DNA of 64,000 nucleotides from Veleropilina oligotropha. Its lineage: Eukaryota. The position numbers and the translations under genes are program-made. The notes beneath the pieces are model-generated. The model was not told the DNA's origin, did not search any database, and saw only the letters and a list, made by a program, of their open reading frames with translations. Below are positions 1 through 11,750 of this stretch, in pieces. Each line of letters opens with the position of its first letter. Position 1 is the stretch's first letter. Location of the stretch: contig JBEUKZ010000058.1 of the NCBI GenBank assembly GCA_048128005.1, positions 124,001 to 188,000 on the forward strand, written 5' to 3'.

Positions 1-2
1 AT

Positions 3-775
3 TGTTATGCCCCACAAACGAAGTTTAGGGGAGCATATAAATAGGAGTCAGCTTGTCTGTCTGTCTGTCAGTTGCAAGTTCCCTTTCGCTCCATATCTCG
101 GACACTATTTGACCGATGGACACGAAACATGATGTGTGCATGCGTCATAACCCAAAGGTGTGTCGCGTACCGAAAGTAGATCTACTTTTCATGCTTGACT
201 GCACTTGATCCAAAATTCCCTTCCGCTCCATATCTCCCATACTATTTGACAAAGGGACATGAAACTTGATGTGTGTATGCATCATAACTCAAAGGTGTGT
301 CGCGTACCAAAAATAGGTCACTGCGACCTACTTTTCAGACTTTACTGCATTTGGTCCAAAATTCCCTTCCGCTCCATATCTTCCATATTATTTGACCGAA
401 GGCCACGAAACTTCATGTGTGTATGCGTCATAACCCAAAAGTGTTGCGTACCGAAAGTAGATCGCTGCGACCTACTTTTCACGCTTGACCACATTTAGGT
501 CAAAATTCCCTTCCACTCCATATATCCCATACTATTTGAGCGAGGGACATGAAACTATGCGTCATAACTGAAAGGTATGTTGGGTACCGAAAGTAGGTCA
601 GCGTGGCCTACTTTTCACACTTTATCGCATTCAGTCTAAAATTCCCCTTCCGCTCCATATCTCCCATACTATTTGACTGAGGGACATGAAACTTCATGTG
701 TGTATGCAAAACAGCCTGTTCCTAGGTCAAATGCTTTCGTGGGGGCATATGATCACTCCTGTGATAGCTCTAGTT
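3..775 (+). mobile_element. Helentron-associated (HINE-like) non-autonomous element with ~150-bp internal tandem repeats
   Basis: Starts TTGTTATGCCCCAC with a short hairpin and a (GTCT)n microsatellite. About 4 diverged ~150-bp units follow (ccttccgctccatatct...gaaacttgatgtgtg...cgtaccgaaagtag). Ends GTGGGGGCATA (inverted copy of the 5' subterminal motif) ...CTAGTT. Confidence 0.65.
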
Positions 776-798
776 TTCACTGTTTGTATTTCTTTCAG

Positions 799-869
799 TT
801 AAGCTGACTGAAACAAAGCTCATCCAAATGGACCAAGAGATCAAGAAGTCACTGATGATTCACCAGACG
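799..869 (+). CDS. LEDGF/HDGFRP2-family (integrase-binding domain) gene, internal exon A (5' exons lie upstream of the window)
   Basis: tttcag acceptor, GT donor at 870. Encodes KLTETKLIQMDQEIKKSLMIHQT, matching IBD helix 1. Confidence 0.85.
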
Positions 870-1096
870 GTACGTGGCACATGAAAATAAGCACCAGAGT
901 TTTCCTGATTAATTCAAATTGTGCAACGTGGTTCCACACACTATACACAGACCGATAATTCTGGCAAAAATAAGCTGTTATAATATCAACATATGACAGG
1001 CACATATACAATTCTTATCTTATGCTTTGGTTATTATATGCGTAGATTATCATCAACAAATATAATATGTTCGTTATGTAGTACAGGTAGTTAGTT

Positions 1097-1385
1097 TAGG
1101 GCTAAAAATACAAATTTCAAACCACTGGTTCAATGAACCACCAGGAATTTTAAACACTGGCCAAATTTCAAATTTACTGGTCTTAAAGTAATGATCAATA
1201 GCCTACATATATTATTTATATAGGCTATAATAATACCTTTACAATGAACTAATGTGTGTGATAACAATTAATAGTATTAAAGAGGGTATTGTAAAAATCA
1301 GTGGTCCACTGTTGCTAAAAATGACTGGTTTTCTCCAATTTTTACTGGTTTAAGACCAGTAAAACCATGCTTATTTAGAGCCCTG
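1097..1385. mobile_element. hAT-like MITE with 5-bp TSD
   Basis: TAGGGCT...AGCCCTG termini, TAGTT on both sides, repeated internal ACTGGT/ACCAGT motifs. Confidence 0.55.
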
Positions 1386-1389
1386 TAGT

Positions 1390-1562
1390 TGGCTACAGTG
1401 CTGGTTTACTAGGAGAAGGTCCAGGGTTCAATTCCCTGGAGTGCTGGAGATAATTTTGTTTATCACTGCCTCCATTGTACACGGTACCATTCAAAGTTGT
1501 TTGACCCGATTGTGCCTGAAATACTGTTGACGTGGCCATTAAACATCATTTCATCATCATCA
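1390..1562 (+). mobile_element. degenerate tRNA-derived SINE
   Basis: B-box-like GGTTCAATTCC and tail ctgaaatactgttgacgtggccattaaacatc(atc)n. The same tail recurs at 5203-5240. Confidence 0.5.
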
Positions 1563-1608
1563 GAACACCTAGCATTGTTTGTTGGAGATGTCTTCTCATT
1601 GATTGTAG

Positions 1609-1710
1609 GATGTTGATAAGTGCATTGCCATCATGGAGGATTTGGATGCTGTCCCCGTGAACCAGATAATGCTGAAGAAGAACCCAGATATAATGAATAC
1701 AATTAAAAAG
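1609..1710 (+). CDS. LEDGF/HDGFRP2-family gene, exon B
   Basis: AG/GT bounded, phase 0. DVDKCIAIMEDLDAVPVNQIMLKKNPDIMNTIKK (IBD core). Confidence 0.9.
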
Positions 1711-1893
1711 GTATGTTTGTTTTCTGTGAATGTTGGTCAGGACTTCCTCATTTAATACAATAAAGCTTGTTGGCGTCAGGAAGGACATCAAGTTATAAAA
1801 CTTTGCTTCAACAGACTAAATTATGGCTGTTGTAAGTATAAAAAATGAACGAATTGTTAGTTAAACCGTCGGTTGGGGAAATAAGACATTAAA

Positions 1894-3685
1894 CAGGGAT
1901 GAGGATTTTCCCCTGATCCGCGGAATCCAGCTATTTTTTGGCGCTCAGGTTCGATATTGTGAAACGTCCAAATCCGATGAGATATTTTAGGGGGGAGAGG
2001 TCTTTATTTTTGAAAATAGTATCATAAAAATTACTTCAGTAGTAAAAATATAATATATATCTTGTATTTTCTTATAAACTGCCCATCTTCAGTTCAGATA
2101 TCAACTGCATTTATTAGCAGTTAGCCGTTTTGACTTTGTACGTACCTGTTCTTAGACGCATTTTTATTCAATAACAAATGTAAATGCCGATTTAAACTCG
2201 GATATTTTCGGGATTTCCGACCCTTTAGTTTTTCGACTATCGTATCTTTTCGTATATTTCCGGGCGACATGCATTTGAAATCGGAAATACCAGAATGGTT
2301 TGCACGCTTCAATATGAATATTGATTGGATAAAAGGTGACGTCTCGCTCAATTTTTAACCAATCACAGACTTCGTTAGTAACAGCATACGCTTGGATATT
2401 TTGAGGGCGACGAATCGATAGTGAAACTAATTGACAAAGATTTTCGAAGCAAATTTCGCTGGTCATAGCTAGACAAGACAGATGTAAAGTGTCAAAATCG
2501 GAAACAACACGGATGAAGTTGTTGAAAAATTATCGGATTATATAGCGAAATATGACCTTCCGGGAAAAGTGCTATGCATATACTGCAATGATGTTTTAAA
2601 CTACAGTTCTTGCGGCTGTGACATTATTAGAACATGCCACGAAAGGCAAAAAGCACCAAGAAAAATATTCGATAACACAATTCGTCGAACCAATTATTCC
2701 ATGGGATCGGCGTTTAAGCACCCGTAGTCTGAAGATAATATAAGTATGGAATACTGTAAATTAAAAAAATTTGGCTCAAAACAATTTATTGTACATCGCA
2801 ATATTTAAATGATTGCTACTATAATTTTTGGCTCGCATGCAACGCAATGCGAGTCTTATGTAATGAGCATGTCGTTTGGCCGTTCGTTCGTCCGGTTTTT
2901 GGTTTAATAGAGTTTCTCAATCATGCTATATTATATATAAGCAACAATATGCATGTTTTAACATTAAAAAATGTTTTATATATCACTATTTCATTGTTAC
3001 CTGACCATAAATAAATAATATTGAAATAATATAATTTAAATTTTACTATAAAATGTCAATTTGTAACCTATAAATTTTCGTTAAAGCTTTTGGTTAAAGT
3101 TTCTCAAGCATGCTATATGTGCAACAATAGGGTAAGGCATACTTTTGCATCGTTCTTTGTCAGATATCACTATGTCATTGCCATCTAACCCTAGATTAGA
3201 AATGTTGAGAGCAATTTAATTGAAATTTACCCATAAATTAACACTTTAAACTTAGAAATCTACTATTGAATGTGAACACAATACTTATGAAATATAAGTG
3301 AATGATGCGCATTTTCATGCATGCAAGCCATTTCCAGCTTTTGCTCTGTCTTTTATAATATTACTTTGGGACTACTCTATTGGTTGAAATGTTTTTGATC
3401 ACAACTCATAAAATGTAACATTGTGAAAGAAAATGTTTAGTTCTTCATATTGTGTCACTACTAGGGTAATATATGCAGATAATATGGCAAAATTTCAAGA
3501 CATAAATTGACTGTGAAAATGCCTGAAATGCTCTCTCCAGCCTTCTAGATTTCACAATTTTCAGCTGGGGATCCCCTGAACCCCCGCCCCTCTCGTGCTC
3601 TCCCTTGTCGGGCCTTCGGCGCTCAATGCTTGTAATTCAGCCTTGTATTTTCAGCTGAAAATAACCTTTTCCATTCTCATCCCTG
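1894..3685 (+). mobile_element. hAT-like deletion derivative with BED-finger remnant and 6-bp TSD
   Basis: CAGGGATGAG...CTCATCCCTG TIRs flanked by ATTAAA. Remnant at ~2535-2660 reads DYIAKYDLPGKVLCIYCNDVLNYSSCG...HATKGKKH. Nested HINE-like insert at ~2825-3350. Confidence 0.7.
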
Positions 3686-3726
3686 ATTAAATCTGATAAG
3701 AATAAGAAAAGCAGACCTCTATCTGA

Positions 3727-3912
3727 GGGCTATTCCAGTAAAATATCTCACCCACCCACTGACTCCAGGTATATATCGCTTCGATCGGTGGTCACAAAAT
3801 ATAGGAAATTATTCTATTATATATCACTGTTTAAATAATTAACTACTGTTGGTGGTCCCCTTTTGAAAAACCTGGAGTCAGGGGTGACGTAGATATTTTA
3901 TTGGAATAGCCC
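3727..3912. mobile_element. MITE with 3-bp TSD (Harbinger/Zator-like)
   Basis: GGGCTATTCCAGTAAAATATCT...AGATATTTTTATTGGAATAGCCC, flanked by TGA/TGA. Confidence 0.65.
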
Positions 3913-3937
3913 TGATCAAACTGATATATTGGGCATG

Positions 3938-4421
3938 TTTATTATACCCCCGTACCGAAGTTAGGCGGTATATTGGACACATTGTCCAGCTGCCCAGAGT
4001 ATTCCTCCCAACCGGCTGAGCAGAATTCATCGACACTTTGCATACATTATCACTATATCATGTAGTTGTGCACCTGCGACAAATATTACTGGTGTCCTTC
4101 GACCTTGCCATAGTGACCTCTGACTGTTAATCGTTGTCGGTTTTTAACTTGTCCAGACTACTCCACCCAACCCGCTGAACAGATTTCATCAACACTTGGC
4201 ATACATGATCACAATCATCGAATGTAGGGTAGTTGTGCACCTACGACAAATCGCTGTCTGTCTGAAAAATTCTTAGTCTGGACTTTTTCCAACTTGCTTT
4301 GTAAATTTCATCGACACTTTGCATAAATGATCACTACTTTTCACTGGATTTCTATGCTGAGAACTTGTACACCTCTGGGGCGAGTGGGGTATTGGTTATT
4401 CTCTGGAAAGCAGTTCTAGTT
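3938..4421 (+). mobile_element. HINE-like element
   Basis: TTATTATACCCC...GGGGTAT subterminal inverted motif, internal ~150-bp diverged repeats, 3' CTAGTT end. Confidence 0.5.
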
Positions 4422-4628
4422 ATAACTTCTATATTATTAAGCGCAAAAATTAGCCACCAATGCAATTCGAATTTGATACACATTATATTTTCATATCTGA
4501 TATTTATTCTTAATATTATTTACCACCATATATCCAATGAAAATAATGTCATTCCCTTGAATTTTCAGTGTGGTGATTAACTATCCATTTTATTTTGTAT
4601 CCACTGAATTCATTTAAACCATTTGTAG

Positions 4629-4733
4629 TGTCGCAAGTATAAAGCGAGTGATCGCATCCGCAACAAAGCTGAAGTGATATACAACAAGTTTAAGGCTCTG
4701 TTTCTTGTTGGCGAGGGCGAGACATTTGCACAG
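4629..4733 (+). CDS. LEDGF/HDGFRP2-family gene, exon C
   Basis: CRKYKASDRIRNKAEVIYNKFKALFLVGEGETFAQ matches the LEDGF IBD C-terminus (YNKFKxxFLVGEG). AG/GT bounded. Confidence 0.92.
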
Positions 4734-4759
4734 GTAATGGGTTACTTGTTGTTTTCATG

Positions 4760-4998
4760 TTAAAAGCTGTTATCGATGTTGCACCATGCAAAAGCTGTTA
4801 TCGATGTTGCAAGCTGTTATTAAAAGCTATTATCGATGTTGCACCATGCAAAAGCTGTTATCGATGTTGCAAGCTGTTATTAAAAGCTATTATCGATGTT
4901 GCACCATGCAAAAGCTGTTATCGATGTTGCAAGCTGTTATTAAAAGCTATTATCGATGTTGCACCATGCAAAAGCTGTTATCGATGTTGCACCATGCA
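4760..4998. repeat. 60-bp higher-order minisatellite (~4 copies)
   Basis: Alternating subunits built on aaagctgttatcgatgttgca. Confidence 0.95.
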
Positions 4999-5246
4999 CA
5001 CAAATTGCTTGTCATCTTTGTCCCTGGAAGCTGTTTGTTAAATGTTCTGACAATATTACCTGATTTGTCAAGATGTTGTTAAGAAACATTGTGTTGAGAT
5101 CAAAAGTGTAAAATTTGATGTAAAATATTTACTTAATAAATGTGAGTATTTGCACACAGCACCAATTCATTTATCATTCAAATTTGATTGATCGATTTAT
5201 TACTGAAATACTGTTGGCGTGGTCATTAAACATCAATTCATTATAG

Positions 5247-5349
5247 GTGTTTCAAAGAGAGGCTGCTGAGTACAAGAAGCAAATGGAAACTGAGAATAAG
5301 GACGTGAAGGAGAAGGAAAACAAGGAAAATGAAATCGGTCCAAAAGTCG
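5247..5349 (+). CDS. LEDGF/HDGFRP2-family gene, exon D (alternative donor could extend it to 5376)
   Basis: ttatag acceptor. VFQREAAEYKKQMETENKDVKEKENKENEIGPKV. GTAAG donors at 5350 and 5377, both phase 1. Confidence 0.8.
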
Positions 5350-6471
5350 GTAAGGTGGAATATGCTAATGAAAATCGTAAGAAGATATCACCATATGGCA
5401 GTGGGGCATAAAATTAGTCAAATATACATTTTCTGAAAAGTTTAGCATCAAATAAATTGTCACGACCATCGAATACCAGGTGCCTTTAATTATTTAAACT
5501 ATCGTAATAGATGTTTTTACTTTTGATCTTGGCACAAGTCGTATTGAATATGGCGCGAGTTATCGTGACCTTCGCACGAATTATCCTGGCAATAAGCTCT
5601 CCTGACTATGGCACGAAGAAAATTTTAGGTGGACACCCAACTATAGCAGCAAAAGACATTTGCCCATTGTGCGTTTAATGTCACAGGACCTATCTGGTGG
5701 AACGCACTTTCAAATGGAATCAAACAAGTTGAAAGTATAGAACCAATTAAATATGCAATGAAAACTTATCTGTTTTCACAATATTAATCGACTATTACCT
5801 GTAAATGCACTCTTTTTTCTTTGAAAAGAAAACTAACAGCATTACACTTTTTGTTTGGGGCATAAAAAGTTGAGAATTTTCAACATTTAACGTTCATCAG
5901 TTATTTGTTTATCTGTTTATATAAATCGTTACCGGTAATGAAGATTTAAAAATAATTAAAAGTGATCCACTTTTAATTACCTGTCACCGAGTGACATTTC
6001 AAATTGACCTAGTTGGAGCAAAGTTGCCTAGGTTTCTGCGTGGCAAGTAAGATAGCTTTCTATTTGACAATAACATATATTGCCCAGTTACAATATTATA
6101 AATATTTTCAATAAAAATCTATCATTTGATTTCGCGAAATTTGTATCAATCTGTGCGAAACGTGCATCATATTCATTTTAGAAGCGGTTCAGTCATGCTA
6201 CACATTCACGAAAATGGCGTTAATACGGGCAATATTCACTTGAAATGTATCTATAATTGTGTCATCATGTAAAGCTCGATTGAAAATTCTATATAAAAAT
6301 TAGCGCTCCATAAATAAATAGTTTATTATAGGTAGAAATTTTAAACTGTTGTATTTTTTTGTAATTTAAATATTTTTTGTATTTTAATATGCTTTATGAT
6401 TGGACATATTTTATGTTTGTATAATCATAATTATAGCATGAATCTGCGATTTGGTGACAGCCTTATTTGAC

Positions 6472-6771
6472 CAGAGTTCGCACAGGTCCTTGAAGTCTTT
6501 GAAAGTCATGGAATTGTATTGATGCTGTTTCAAGGCCCTTGGAACTCATGGAAAATCTGGCATTTGGACAGAAAGTTTTGGAAAAGTCATTGAATTTTAC
6601 TTTTCGTTGTTGTTATCCGACTAAAATGTGTCATTGTAGTGGTTGGAGAATAAATTTTAGCTATACACGTAGTAAAAATGAAATGAAGTGCAGACTAAGC
6701 AGGGTTTGGATATACCCTTGAAATTCTAAAATTAGTTCTTGAAAGGGTCCTGGAAATCTGTATGAACCCTG
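6472..6771. mobile_element. hAT-like MITE with 6-bp TSD
   Basis: CAGAGTTC...GAACCCTG termini flanked by TTTGAC. Repeated tccttgaa/tcatggaa motifs. Confidence 0.7.
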
Positions 6772-7085
6772 TTTGACCTATAAAGATGAATTGAAATGTA
6801 TGGAATGTCTTCATCTGTGATGTCATCCTACATTTAATTCATTAATCATAGACTACACATGTGACGCTGTGAGTATATTATAAGCCTATCAAAGACTGAA
6901 TAGATAGAATATTCATTATCCTGTAATTCCTGACTTCTTTTATTTGACCTGCATATCCCATTGGTGCCATTCTTTGTCCCTGAATGTCGCGACTGGATTC
7001 AGATAATTTTACTACGGTTTGCTTGTTAAAAATACCTACCCCTTAATTGATGTTATTATCTTCTCTTATGATGTTTATTTTCCAG

Positions 7086-7825
7086 AAATATCATCCGAAT
7101 CTATTCCCCTTGCTGAACAGACGACCCCTGTTGGTGATGATGATCAATTGGAAACCAATAACCTCATGTCGATAGATTTTGAGGATTTAGATGACGCGAT
7201 TATAAATGCTTTAGCCAATGACGCATCAAATGGAATTCTGCCAACGCCAGACGTTAATGCTTCAGACGCGAAGCTACCCGATGAGATGCCCACGGGCACC
7301 CCCAATGCAGAGTCCCTCCGATTCCCCACAGGCACCCCCAATGCCGATTCCCTCCAATTCCCCACGGGCACCCCCAATGCAGAGTCCCTCCTATTCCTCA
7401 CGGGTACACCCAATGCAGAGTCCCTCCAATTCTCTGATTCTGCAGAACAACCAATGGACATTGTCGACGATTCGAAGTCGATGGACAACTCTTCTGTAGT
7501 AGTAAATAACAATCATACTAATCTAGAATCTGTTGAGGAAAACGTCTCCAACGCAAGGATTGAAGAAAGATCGTTTGAGGTGATAGCCACTAAACAGGAT
7601 CCTCAGGATTATGTCCCCATGGAAACGAACATAGGGACAAATTCACTGTTGCCCTCGGCAACATCTAAGTTTCCCCCACTTCCTATACTTCCTAATATGG
7701 ACGAGGACTCGGACAGTGTGACGGACGAGGTTGGACAACTTCCTGCCGAGCCGGTCTCGATATCAGAAGTGCCCAAAGCGTCGCACGACGGCGACTTCAA
7801 AGAAGACTCGGATGATATGCTAGAG
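7086..7825 (+). CDS. LEDGF/HDGFRP2-family gene, large acidic low-complexity exon E
   Basis: tttccag acceptor in phase 1 with exon D. Open acidic frame with four PTGTPNAESLxF repeats. Ends at GAG|GCAAGT, a phase-0 GC donor. Confidence 0.75.
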
Positions 7826-10171
7826 GCAAGTACACGCACGGCATCCCCCTTGCATATGTTCATAGTCGAATAGTTCGTAATATTCAAACATGGCTGCTAA
7901 AAAAGGAGAGCTCGATTTCATCATGTATAAAGGTATGTTTTGGATATTTCTTGATTAAAGTCTGACGGAGCGCACAGCATTTGGACTGTCATTCGGGTCC
8001 ATGTCTCTATAATGTATATATAGAGTAAGCGGGTCCATGTCTCGATAATGTATATATAGCGTAAACGGGTCCATGTCTCTTTAATGTATATATATAGCGT
8101 AGCGGGTCCATGTCTCTATAATGTATATATAGCGTAAGCGGGTCCATGTCTCTATAATGTATATATAGCGTAAGCGGGTCCATGTCTCTATAATGTATAT
8201 ATAGCGTAAGAAGGTCCATGTCTCTATAATGTATATATAGCGTAAGCGAGTCCATGTCTCGATAATGTATATATAGCGTAAGCGGGTCCATGTCTATAAT
8301 GTATATATAGCGTAAGCGGGTCCATGTCTCTATAATGTATATATTATTATTATAGCATAAGCGAGTCCATGTCTCTATAATGTATATATAGCGTAAGCGG
8401 GTCTATGTCTCTATAATGTATATATAGTGTAAGCGGGTCCATGTCTCTATAATGTATATATAGCGTAAGCGGGTCCATGTCTCTATAATGTATATATAGC
8501 GTAAGCGGGTCCATGTCTATTATGTATATATAGCGTAAGCGGGTCCATGTCTCTATAATGTATATATAGCGTAAGCGGGTCCATGTCTCTATAATGTATA
8601 TATAGCGTAAGAAGGTCCATGTCTCTATAATGTATATATAGCGTAAGCGAGTCCATGTCTCTATAATGTATATATAGCGTAAGCGGGTCCATGTCTCTAT
8701 AATGTATATATAGCGTAAGCAGGTCCATGTCTCTATAATGTATATATAGCGTAAGCGAGTCCATGTCTCTATAATGTATATATAGCGTAAGCTGGTCCAT
8801 GTCTCTATAATGTATATATAGCGTAAGCTGGTCCATGTCTCTATAATGTATATATAGCGTAAGCAGGTCCATGTCTCTATAATGTATATATAGCGTAAGC
8901 GAGTCCATGTCTCTATAATGTATATGGGCGAGTCCAGCGTCTCGGACGTTACATTTAGACAACTTTTCTTGATTGAAATAGTTATAAATATAGGGATATT
9001 ACTATTTCAAGTGTCATTTATGTACTAAAAGAATAACAACATCATATGTCATAAGCAAATGTTACAAATTTGTTTGATTTACCACACCGTTCAGAAATAT
9101 TAATGGCCAACGTGTGTCGCGGACGTTACAATACAAAAACCTCACATTTTCTATCTCCCAATTAAGATTTGGAATTGTTCTAAATTTTGCATCTATTAAT
9201 TCATTAAATCAGGGTATTATAACATATAAAACATGCAAGTTTTCATACTTTAATCTTTTATACATTATTTTAACTCTGGTAGGATACAGCGACTGACAAA
9301 GACTGTCGCGGACGTTACAAAAAATGTCGCGGACGTTACAGAGTCTCAGAAGAAGAGTAATATCCACTCAACTTTATAATAATTGTGTGTAAAAATGAGT
9401 GCACATTATTTGTAATTATAGATTACGTGATGAGATAACATTCAATAATTCAAATCTTATGTTATATTTTGTATTTTGTAACTCGATTGAAGTATTTCAT
9501 GCTGATTGCTCTATTCCATATGAGTAATTCAGATGTCCTGAAGATTTATTTATAATTAATGGCAAATCTAAATTTATTCCATATTTCACACAGTATACTA
9601 AATTAAATGTTAATAGTTCCCCTTATAAGATAAACACAACAAGAAATGAACCACAATCTTTTAACAATGATTGAATGTAAATAAATTAGTTAAAATAAAA
9701 TGTAAATATCAAAGAGTTATGAAAGGTAAACATACAAATATATTATAATACATTAATGATAACCTATATCAGACATCGGATGGATGGGAACAACATCTCC
9801 AATAATTGGTTGGAATTTTGTTAAAATGATTATAATTTATGAACAAAACACAACATAATGCACAAAACAATTTACAACGCATCACGGTATGATAACTGGT
9901 ATCACATTTTGAAAGATAATTTAAAAGAAATTGTCTTGCAATTAGCAATATAATATGGCCGATCAGCATCACAACATTGAGAAGCAATGGAAAGATGTTT
10001 AATAAAAGTTTAACTTCAGAATCAGGTAAATATTTGAGAAACCTAACTAGATTTAAGATAAATTTGATATTCTAAATCATCCATATCAACATATTTATTC
10101 CACTAAAGGATGGGATCGGGTATAAAGTTTGAGTTAACTTATCTAAGCACCTCTCTAAATAATATTCTTAA

Positions 10172-11750
10172 AGTTGTATTGCCCGTAATAATCGCACATT
10201 ACCCTACAAATTAAGCCTTACTTACATTTTTGTTGCTGTAATAATAGTTTTGATACTTCAAAATGTAAGAACATACATTGTTTGCTGTTCTTTTCTTTTT
10301 TTTAACTCGCCGCTGAAATCGCTACTAAGTGCTAGTAAAATATAACCATTCAACGGCAGCCACTTTGGGGGATTTCCACCCCTTCGTCCAACAGCGTGTC
10401 ACCCCTGGTTTCGTCTGACTTTTCGTCGATACAGGCAGAAGCGTCATCAAAAATTACTTATCTAAGTTGCATGCGATGTGACATTATTATAAAATTGTAA
10501 GTAAGTAATAATGTTGTAGCTCAACTTTCAACAATGTTTAAAAGTTAACTTCGCCAGTGCCATGTTGACAAAACGTCCCATCACTCAAACTAACAAGAGC
10601 TGTCAGAAGGACAGCATGCTCGACTATCAAAAGCTGGATCGATGAATGGAAATAATTTGGTAAAAATGAAGCTAGAGTTATGGCCCTTGTATTGCAAGTT
10701 CGCATAATGATGTGACAAGCGTATGAAGTTTCAAGGCTGTAGTGTGAACACTTTGTGAGAAAAGGCCCTTCATGCAAAATGTTAACCTGAAGTTGACTTT
10801 GTGAGAAAAGGCCCTTCATGCAAAACATTAACCTGAATTGTCGAAGTCGAAAAAGGGGAATAATTTGGTAAAATAACGAAGCCAGATTTATTACGCCTGT
10901 AATGTAAGGTCGCATAATGACGTTGAACAAGTGTATGAAGTTTGAAAGGTGTAGTGTGAAAAATTTGTGAGAAAAGACCCTTCATGCAAAACATTAACCT
11001 GAATTGTCGAAGTCGAAAAAGGGGAATAATTTGGTAAAATAACGAAGCCAGATTTATTACGCCTGTAATGTAAGGTCGCATAATGACGTTGAACAAGTGT
11101 ATGAAGTTTGAAAGGTGTAGTGTGAAAAAATTGTGAGAAAAGACCCTTCATGCAAAACATTAACCTAACTTGTCTAAGTCGAAAAAGGGGAATAATTTGG
11201 TAAAATAACGAAGCCAGATTTATTACGCCTGTAATGTAAGGTCGCATAATGACGTTGAACAAGTGTATGAAGTTTGAAAGGTGTAGTGTGAAAAATTTGT
11301 GAGAAAAGACCCTTCATGCAAAACATTAACCTGAATTGTCTAAGTCGAAAAAGGGGAATAATTTGGTAAAACAACGAAGCCAGAGTTATTACGCCTAATA
11401 TGTAAGGTCGCATAATGACATTGAACAAGTGTATGAAGTTTGAAAGTTGTAGTTTGAAAAATTTGTGAGAAAAGACCCTTCATGCAAAATGTTAACCTGA
11501 AGGTTGACGCCAACGCCGACGCCGACGACAGGGTGACTGCAATAGCTCGTACTATTTTAGAATAGTCGAGCTAAAAAAGGATCCGGTTTTATTATTTTTT
11601 ACTTTTAATTCGAAGGCGCTCTGTGGACCCCACCTACAGATTTTTTCGAAAAATTGCCAAGTTTATAACATTAGCTAACTGGCAAAAATAAATTTGCTGT
11701 CTAGGGTTTAAAATTAAGTGCATTTGTTGCTACTTACGCGCAATGCAACT
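10172..11750. mobile_element. Kolobok-like non-autonomous element (TTAA TSD)
   Basis: TTAA|AGTTGTATTGCCCGTAA ... TTACGCGCAATGCAACT|TTAA. A related copy lies at ~39288-40610. Confidence 0.7.
10592..11578 (-). mobile_element. HINE-like element carrying a 166-bp satellite (~5 units)
   Basis: GCTCGACTAT...ATAGTCGAGC subterminal inverted repeats, (GACGCC)n microsatellite, 166-bp period (ORF track starts at 10930, 11096, 11262, 11428). Confidence 0.75.

Noticed and set aside
7019..7873. 284-aa ORF as an independent single-exon gene
   Set aside because: It starts at a TTG in intron-like sequence and fits better as exon 7086-7825 of the LEDGF-like gene.
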